From: Abditibacteriota bacterium
GTDB lineage: Bacteria > Armatimonadota > UBA5829
NCBI GenBank assembly: GCA_942493375.1
Contig: OW818698.1
Coordinates: 1,813,455-1,877,454, forward strand
DNA length: 64,000 nt
Direction: 5' to 3'
The notes below the pieces were generated by a model. That model was not told where the DNA came from and ran no database searches. It was given only the letters and a program-made list of their open reading frames with translations. Position numbers and translations under genes: made by a program. Positions 57,910 to 64,000 of the stretch are shown here, piece by piece. Within the stretch, counting starts at the first letter, position 1. Each line of letters starts with the position of its first letter.

Positions 57910-60900
57910 ATGAGAGATGCAGGATGTGCAAGCAACAAGCGCGACACGGTAGCTATAGCGTACAGACGATTTTGGCTAATTGCAGTTCCTGTCGTCTTTG
58001 TTTTCGCAATATCCGTTTTCTTGTTCACAGGCGAATACAAACATACTACTGAACTACAACAAAAGAGTTCTCTTAAACAAACAGTACTGTTGGCGATGAA
58101 TACAATCACTCCTATTCTTGAGAGTGTCCGCCTTAGAAAATTGACTCCCTCCCAGGGGATTGAGCAAGTCCGTAACTTAACCAGGCAGATGATTTACAAC
58201 GACGATTATGGTCCTAACTATATCTTTATGAGCGATTATGATGGCAAAATGCTGGTTCAACCATATGAGCCAGTAAAAGAAAACACTAACCAGTGGGATC
58301 TTAAAGACAGTAATGGCAAATATATAATACGAAACCTTGTGAAAGCAGCACAGAGTCATCCAAATGGTGGTTTTGTTGCATACCGTTACTATCCTCCAGG
58401 ATCAAACAAAGCAGAGGACAAACTCAGCTTTGTAATGCCTATACCGGAACTTAACTGTTACATAGGTACTGGAGCGTATTTATCTAAACATTATAAAGAA
58501 CAATTAAGACTGTATAATTTTGCATTGTGGTGGTCTTTTTCATTTCTCATTATTTTGAGCATTCCGAGTGCATTTTTCCTTCGCAGTGTTGTAATACAGA
58601 ACCAACGTCTCAACCAGGAACATGAAGAACGTCAAAGAGTCGAAGCAGCACTGGCAAATAGTGAGGAAAGACTACGACTGGCTATGGAAAGTGTCAAAGA
58701 CGGTTTGTGGGACCTTGATTTACCTACAGGAAAAGCCTATTTCAATCCGGCTTATTACACGATGTTAGGATATACCCCTGGTGAGTTTGAATCATCCAGA
58801 TCACAATGGGAGCACTTGCTGCATACAGATGACATCCAAAGAACCAATGATGCAATCAACGCATCAATAAGTGGAGAACAAAAAAACTACGAATGCGAGT
58901 TCCGCATGCTGGATAAGAATGGCGATTGGAGATGGATTCTGTCTCGCGGTAAAATAATAGAATGGGATGCTGATGGAACTCCTCTGAGAATGATAGGAAC
59001 TCATACCGACATACATCAACGTAAACAAATGGAGTCTGATCTACGTAAACTTACGGAGGAATTGAAACGACGAGAACAGCTATTAATGGTTTTCCTGGAG
59101 AGTCTACCTGCAGCAGCTTATTATAAAGATATCAATGGCTGTTATACCATCGTTAACAAGGCATTTGCAGACATGGTCGGCAAACCTAAAGATGAGCTTA
59201 TCGGAAAAACTGTATATGACGTGCTTGAGGAACCAAGAGCCACCGCTATGCATAATGCAGACTTGATGGCCTGGCAAAATCCTGGTCAGGTGCATATCTA
59301 TGAAGGCTACTATCATGTCACCAATCCATCTATTATCATGTCTATCCGTAAACTGGCTGTTATTGGACAAGATAATCAACCGGTAGGATTGGCCGCACTT
59401 CTTTTTGATGTCACTGAACAACGATTAGCCCAGCAGGCCCTGCAAGAGAGTGATGAACGACTTCGAACCGTGCTGGAGAGTTCAGCCGATATGTTCATGT
59501 TGATGGATGTAGATGGCAAAATACTATTTGCCAGTGGTGTAGAACACTGTGGTATATCCCAGGATAACATACTTGGTAAATATGTCAGCGATGTATTCAC
59601 ACCTGAATCGAATGCTAGAGTGATGAAAGCCATCTCTGAATTACTAAAAACCGGAACGACACACGAAAACGAAGTCAGAATGCGTATTGACAATACTGAT
59701 ACCTGGTTCCTTGAGCGATTATTTCCTGTAATGGATAATGAAGGCAACATTAAATCTGTCTCTCTGCTTAGTCACGATATCACAAGAATGAAAAGTGCAG
59801 AAGAAGCCTTAAGGGTAGCAGAAGAATATTTCAGGAATATATTCGAGAATGCTGCAGTAGGCATTTTCAGGACCAGTATGGATGGGGTGCTTCTGGATTG
59901 CAATAAAGCACTCGACACAATGTTCGGATATCATGATCAATCGGATGCCATAGGTGAACTCACAGATACCGCAGGTCAAATTTTCACTTCAAGGGAACGT
60001 AGAAGAGAGATTATCGACCAAATCAGTGATTCTGGTGAGTATTTTCAGACGGAAAACGAGTTCGTACGCAAAGATGGGAGTACGTTTTTTGCAAACTTGT
60101 ATATACGCAAAGTAATTGGAGAAGATGGGAAGATTACTCATCTAGACGGTTTCATTGAAGATATCACCCAACGTAAACAATATGAACAGGATCTAGAACT
60201 AAGCAGAGCAAGACTCACATCTGTTTTCGAAAATATACCAATGGTATTATGGGCAATGGATAAGGATGGTAGATACATTCTACAAAGTCCCAAGTCCATC
60301 GAATACTGGGGATATCATATTGGCCAGACTGTGGAGGAATCCTCTCTCCCTGGTCCCACACGGGATGAATACATTGCAAGTAACCAACGAGCTATGAATG
60401 GTGAAGTTGTAAACAAGGAGACCGTCGAACTGATTAATGGAGCGGCGAGGAATTTTGTTGAAATGGTAGCTCCAATAAGAGTTGGTGACAGAATTGATGG
60501 ACTTGTTGGCCTCTCAATGGATATCACCGACCAGAAACGAGCAGCAGACATGCTCTTAAGGCTCAACGAGGAACTGGAACGCAGAGTTGGGCAACGCACT
60601 AATGAACTTGGCCTGGCAAACCAGGCTCTGAGTGAGTCGTTAGCAGCCCTGAAAGAAGCACAGAACCATCTGGTACAGTCTGAAAAAATGGCGGCGCTGG
60701 GAGGACTTGTCGCTGGTATTGCACACGAGATAAATACTCCACTCGGAATTGGAGTTACTGCAGCATCTTATCTGGAACATAAAGTTGGTGTCTTCTCCCA
60801 TCAGGTTGACATTGGAGAAATGAATCAAGATACAGTGGGTAGTTTTGTAGAATCTGCACTTGAGTGCAGCAACATGATACTTGCTAACCTTAAAAGAGCT

Positions 60901-61449
60901 GGAGACCTCGTGGAAAGCTTTAAACAGGTTGCAGTTGATCAAACCAGTGAAAAACGAAGAAAGTTCTATCTGTGTGACTACCTGGAAGAAGTACTACTCA
61001 GCCTGCGTCCCCGCCTCAAACACACCGACCATAAAGTTCTTCTGGATTGCCCGAGAAACCTGCAACTTGATGGGTATCCTGGAGCATATTCACAGATAAT
61101 AACTAATCTTATTATGAATTCTCTAATCCATGCATTCGACGGTATAGATAATGGTATAATACGCATATGTGTTCATACAGATGACAAGCAAGTTATTCTT
61201 GTTTACTCTGATGACGGTACAGGTATGGATGATTCAACAAGACGTAGAGTATTTGAACCATTCTTCACAACAAAACGTGGACAAGGTGGTAGTGGTTTAG
61301 GATTACACATCGTGTTTAATCTGGTAAGTCAAACTCTTGGTGGAAGAATAGAGTGTTCCAGCATACTTGGTGAAGGAACACAATTCACCATTTCCGTGCC
61401 CATAGAAGGGAGTAATAATGATGTCAAAGAAGACAATCATATCCCCTAG
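57910..61449 (+). CDS. Multi-domain sensor histidine kinase: Cache-type periplasmic sensor, TM, about 4-5 PAS/PAC domains, HisKA and HATPase_c
   Basis: Cache-like 'YIFMSDYDGKMLVQPYEP...YRYYPPG', an H-box 'IAHEINTPLG', an N-box and a G-box 'GSGLGLHIV'. Confidence 0.8.
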   Translation: MRDAGCASNKRDTVAIAYRRFWLIAVPVVFVFAISVFLFTGEYKHTTELQQKSSLKQTVLLAMNTITPILESVRLRKLTPSQGIEQVRNLTRQMIYNDDYGPNYIFMSDYDGKMLVQPYEPVKENTNQWDLKDSNGKYIIRNLVKAAQSHPNGGFVAYRYYPPGSNKAEDKLSFVMPIPELNCYIGTGAYLSKHYKEQLRLYNFALWWSFSFLIILSIPSAFFLRSVVIQNQRLNQEHEERQRVEAALANSEERLRLAMESVKDGLWDLDLPTGKAYFNPAYYTMLGYTPGEFESSRSQWEHLLHTDDIQRTNDAINASISGEQKNYECEFRMLDKNGDWRWILSRGKIIEWDADGTPLRMIGTHTDIHQRKQMESDLRKLTEELKRREQLLMVFLESLPAAAYYKDINGCYTIVNKAFADMVGKPKDELIGKTVYDVLEEPRATAMHNADLMAWQNPGQVHIYEGYYHVTNPSIIMSIRKLAVIGQDNQPVGLAALLFDVTEQRLAQQALQESDERLRTVLESSADMFMLMDVDGKILFASGVEHCGISQDNILGKYVSDVFTPESNARVMKAISELLKTGTTHENEVRMRIDNTDTWFLERLFPVMDNEGNIKSVSLLSHDITRMKSAEEALRVAEEYFRNIFENAAVGIFRTSMDGVLLDCNKALDTMFGYHDQSDAIGELTDTAGQIFTSRERRREIIDQISDSGEYFQTENEFVRKDGSTFFANLYIRKVIGEDGKITHLDGFIEDITQRKQYEQDLELSRARLTSVFENIPMVLWAMDKDGRYILQSPKSIEYWGYHIGQTVEESSLPGPTRDEYIASNQRAMNGEVVNKETVELINGAARNFVEMVAPIRVGDRIDGLVGLSMDITDQKRAADMLLRLNEELERRVGQRTNELGLANQALSESLAALKEAQNHLVQSEKMAALGGLVAGIAHEINTPLGIGVTAASYLEHKVGVFSHQVDIGEMNQDTVGSFVESALECSNMILANLKRAGDLVESFKQVAVDQTSEKRRKFYLCDYLEEVLLSLRPRLKHTDHKVLLDCPRNLQLDGYPGAYSQIITNLIMNSLIHAFDGIDNGIIRICVHTDDKQVILVYSDDGTGMDDSTRRRVFEPFFTTKRGQGGSGLGLHIVFNLVSQTLGGRIECSSILGEGTQFTISVPIEGSNNDVKEDNHIP

Positions 61450-62590
61450 TTCTACTGATATGGCACCGTTCCCCGATTCTATAACAAATATACCGTTACC
61501 GGAAGATATTACAGTCTGGAAGTTGCTTGTCGTTGATGATGAAGACGATGTCCATAACGTAACTCGACTGGTATTTAGTGGATTCGAATTATTTGGACGC
61601 AGATTGCTTATGTTGAGTGCCCACTCGGCAGCTGAGGCTAAACGGATTCTCTCAAAGCACACAGATATCGCAGTAATAATGCTGGACGTAGTTATGGAAA
61701 GTGATGATGCAGGACTTATGCTGGTAAAATATATCAGAGAAGACCTGCAAGACCACAATACACAGATCATTTTGCGAACAGGATATCCTGGAAATGCTCC
61801 TGAATATGAAGCTATTAGAATGTATGAAATCAATGACTACCGCGAGAAACGCGAACTGACAGCTAAAAGGCTTCTCACCTGCGTTACCACAGCGATTAGA
61901 TCATATATCAGAGCAGTCTCACTTTCAGAAGCACTGGAACATCAGAAAGAATTGGCCGGTAAACTCATTGACATCCAGGAACTTGAGCGAGCCAGTATCG
62001 CAAGGGAACTCCACGATGAGATAGGCCAGATGCTCACAGCCATATCTGTCGGTTTGGAAGTAGCGCTGCGAAAAGCGGATAAGGCAACTAAAGAACTTCT
62101 GTTAGTCCAGAAAAAACAACTCAACGAACTGGCTGGAAAAGTTCGGGAAATGCTGTTGGACCTGCGTCCCAGTATGCTGCGCGAATCAGGAATCGTGGAA
62201 GCAGTTGATAGACACATCAGAAGAGCCCTGCCAGGAACTGGTATTAAGGCCTCATTCATACATCGCAATGTCAAAGGGATTAGATTCAACGCTACAGTTG
62301 AACTGGTAGTTTTCAGAGTAATTCAAGAAGGAATTACCAACATCATTCGTCACTCTGATTCCACATCAGTAGATATAAGACTTATGCTGGAAAGCGGTTA
62401 TATATCACTAAGAATCAGAGACTATGGCGTAGGATTCGATAGAATAGCCGTTAGCAGAAGGTCGGACCGTTTGGGGTTACCCGGAATGGAAGAACGTGCA
62501 CAAGCAGTAGGTGGAGTACTAAAGCTAATCAGTAAACCCGGCAAAGGTACTTTGATTTCCCTGTGTTTGCACATTAATACTGAGGAGTAG
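61418..62590 (+). CDS. REC-HisKA_3-HATPase_c hybrid (response-regulator receiver fused to a NarL-type histidine kinase)
   Basis: 'LLVVDDE' with a receiver Asp region. H-box 'ARELHDEIGQ' (HisKA_3) and G-boxes 'DYGVGFD...GLPGMEERA'. Confidence 0.7.
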   Translation: MMSKKTIISPSSTDMAPFPDSITNIPLPEDITVWKLLVVDDEDDVHNVTRLVFSGFELFGRRLLMLSAHSAAEAKRILSKHTDIAVIMLDVVMESDDAGLMLVKYIREDLQDHNTQIILRTGYPGNAPEYEAIRMYEINDYREKRELTAKRLLTCVTTAIRSYIRAVSLSEALEHQKELAGKLIDIQELERASIARELHDEIGQMLTAISVGLEVALRKADKATKELLLVQKKQLNELAGKVREMLLDLRPSMLRESGIVEAVDRHIRRALPGTGIKASFIHRNVKGIRFNATVELVVFRVIQEGITNIIRHSDSTSVDIRLMLESGYISLRIRDYGVGFDRIAVSRRSDRLGLPGMEERAQAVGGVLKLISKPGKGTLISLCLHINTEE

Positions 62591-62594
62591 AGAG

Positions 62595-63260
62595 ATGATA
62601 CGAATAGTCATAATTGATGATCACGCAATTGTTCGAGCTGGGGTTCGTGCATTGGTGGAACTGGAAGACGAGTTCAAGGTAGTTGGAGAAGCCGCAACTG
62701 GGGAACAGGCGATCAGTATGGTGCAGGAACTAAAGCCTAATGTTGCTGTCGTAGATATGGCTATGCCGGATATGCCCGGCACAGAAATACTGCGTAAAAT
62801 ACATGAGACAGTACCGGAAACCAGTTGCCTGGTATTGAGCATGCAGGCGGACGAAAGCTATGTTCAAGAAGCCTTCAAAAATGGAGCTGTTGGATATCTC
62901 TTAAAAGAATCCACTACCGACTATCTGGTAAAAGGTATAAAGAGAGTTGCTGAACATAAAAGGTTCCTGGGCCCAATACTAATAGACAGAGCAATCGATG
63001 CATATTTGGCTGGCAGTGATATTGGCACATCAGGCTCCAGGACTGATTTCAAATCTAGCAGAAGCACTCTGACAAATCGCGAGAGTGAAATTGTCGCGCT
63101 AATAACAGAAGGACTCACAAGTGTAGCCATCGGTAACAGACTGGGAATATCTGTCAGAACAGTAGACACTCATCGAGCGAATATAATGAACAAACTGGGT
63201 GTAAGAACTCAAGCCGAACTTGTGCGAAATGCTATTGCATCAGGTATAATCAAGGAATAA
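62595..63260 (+). CDS. NarL/FixJ-family response regulator (REC + LuxR-type HTH) with a long interdomain linker
   Basis: 'IVIIDDHAIVRAGV' and a C-terminal 'LTNRESEIVALITEGLTSVAIGNRLGISVRTVDTHRANIM'. Confidence 0.85.
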   Translation: MIRIVIIDDHAIVRAGVRALVELEDEFKVVGEAATGEQAISMVQELKPNVAVVDMAMPDMPGTEILRKIHETVPETSCLVLSMQADESYVQEAFKNGAVGYLLKESTTDYLVKGIKRVAEHKRFLGPILIDRAIDAYLAGSDIGTSGSRTDFKSSRSTLTNRESEIVALITEGLTSVAIGNRLGISVRTVDTHRANIMNKLGVRTQAELVRNAIASGIIKE

Positions 63261-63423
63261 TCGGCAATATTCTGATTATTGGCGATTATCATATATCACA
63301 TAACAAGAAATTCACGTATACTGGGCTTGTTTCAGGATCAATGACTTCTCAGTGCAGATGCTGAAACAAGTTCACCGTGCTATACTCTTCTCAATTGATT
63401 TCTGATGTACGGAGTAGATATAT

Positions 63424-64000
63424 ATGATCGCATCCCGTTCGACCAAACCTCTTCGGACATTTCTGCTTCATGCAGCTCTTGTTGCCGGTGCCGCAGTATT
63501 CTTTATGCCCCTTTACTGGTTGATCACAACTGCCCTCAAACCAGGCGAACGTGCAACGATTTTCCCTCCTGATTTGATACCCATGCAGCAAAACACACTG
63601 CTATATAAACATAAGAAGCTCCCGATATATAGCATGAGAACCTCTGACGGAAACATTAAGGTCGCAAAACTCAGAGAAATCGACAGTGGACAATGGGTAG
63701 TTGGCAATGTCCATCATATTGGCGATACATCAAAACACAACACCGTTTCCCCGGATGAACTAACCCCATTACTACATCCAGGACTTATGTGGAAGAACTT
63801 TCAGGATATCTCGAAATTCATCCCCCCGGAATATAATGGTGGTCTGGTACCACTATGGAACACTGTCTATCTCACTGTGCTATCTATCATCGGGACAATA
63901 CTGTCCAGTTCACTGGTAGCCTTTTCATTCGCAAGGTTGCGATGGCCAGGTAGAGATGTGTTGTTTGTAATTATGCTGGCGACTATGATGATCCCGGGAG
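63424..64000 (+). CDS. Carbohydrate ABC transporter permease (MalG-like), 5' partial: it runs off the window end
   Basis: The first TM is followed by a long periplasmic loop, then 'FSFARLRWPGRDVLFVIMLATMMIPG', which is typical just before the EAA loop. No stop codon occurs before position 64000. Confidence 0.65.
   Translation, partial: MIASRSTKPLRTFLLHAALVAGAAVFFMPLYWLITTALKPGERATIFPPDLIPMQQNTLLYKHKKLPIYSMRTSDGNIKVAKLREIDSGQWVVGNVHHIGDTSKHNTVSPDELTPLLHPGLMWKNFQDISKFIPPEYNGGLVPLWNTVYLTVLSIIGTILSSSLVAFSFARLRWPGRDVLFVIMLATMMIPG

Overview
This 64 kb window looks like an accessory, carbohydrate-utilisation-rich stretch of a chromosome with roughly mid-40s % G+C, possibly from an uncultivated polysaccharide-degrading bacterium. 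I recognise no rRNA, tRNA or CRISPR.

Main contents:
- An IS110-family insertion sequence at the left edge.
- An ABC exporter gene pair.
- Many secreted TIM-barrel or beta-propeller glycoside-hydrolase-like genes: a GHL10-like gene, three GHL6-like paralogs (two in tandem), a GH42-like gene, GH43/GH130-like genes, and a frameshifted DUF4838 gene.
- A KdgK-Eda pair, plus an FGGY kinase, a Gfo/Idh/MocA oxidoreductase, a cupin isomerase and a URO-D-family gene.
- A housekeeping block: rho, a bifunctional-nuclease gene, hisC-like/DAHP synthase/tyrA/cmk/plsC, ridA and a thioredoxin-like gene.
- A three-protein two-component cascade (Cache/PAS sensor kinase, REC-HisKA_3 hybrid kinase, NarL-type regulator).
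- The start of a sugar ABC permease at the right edge.

The most unusual feature is a tightly packed nine-gene minus-strand operon at 11760-21617. In transcription order it encodes DUF1257, DUF2997, an NrdG-like radical-SAM activase with no glycyl-radical partner, a CDC48-like AAA+ ATPase, a HEAT+WD40 scaffold, a GrpE-like protein, a divergent Hsp70-like ATPase, a membrane protein and a DUF1963 protein. It has the look of an undescribed ATP-driven protein-remodelling, stress or defence system.

Other notable features:
- A G+C-rich island (~60 % by eye) carrying the GH42-like gene.
- A 92-bp perfectly duplicated structured element 30 kb apart.
- Several families of miniature palindromic or direct-repeat elements.
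- AT-rich heptamer tandem arrays in promoters.
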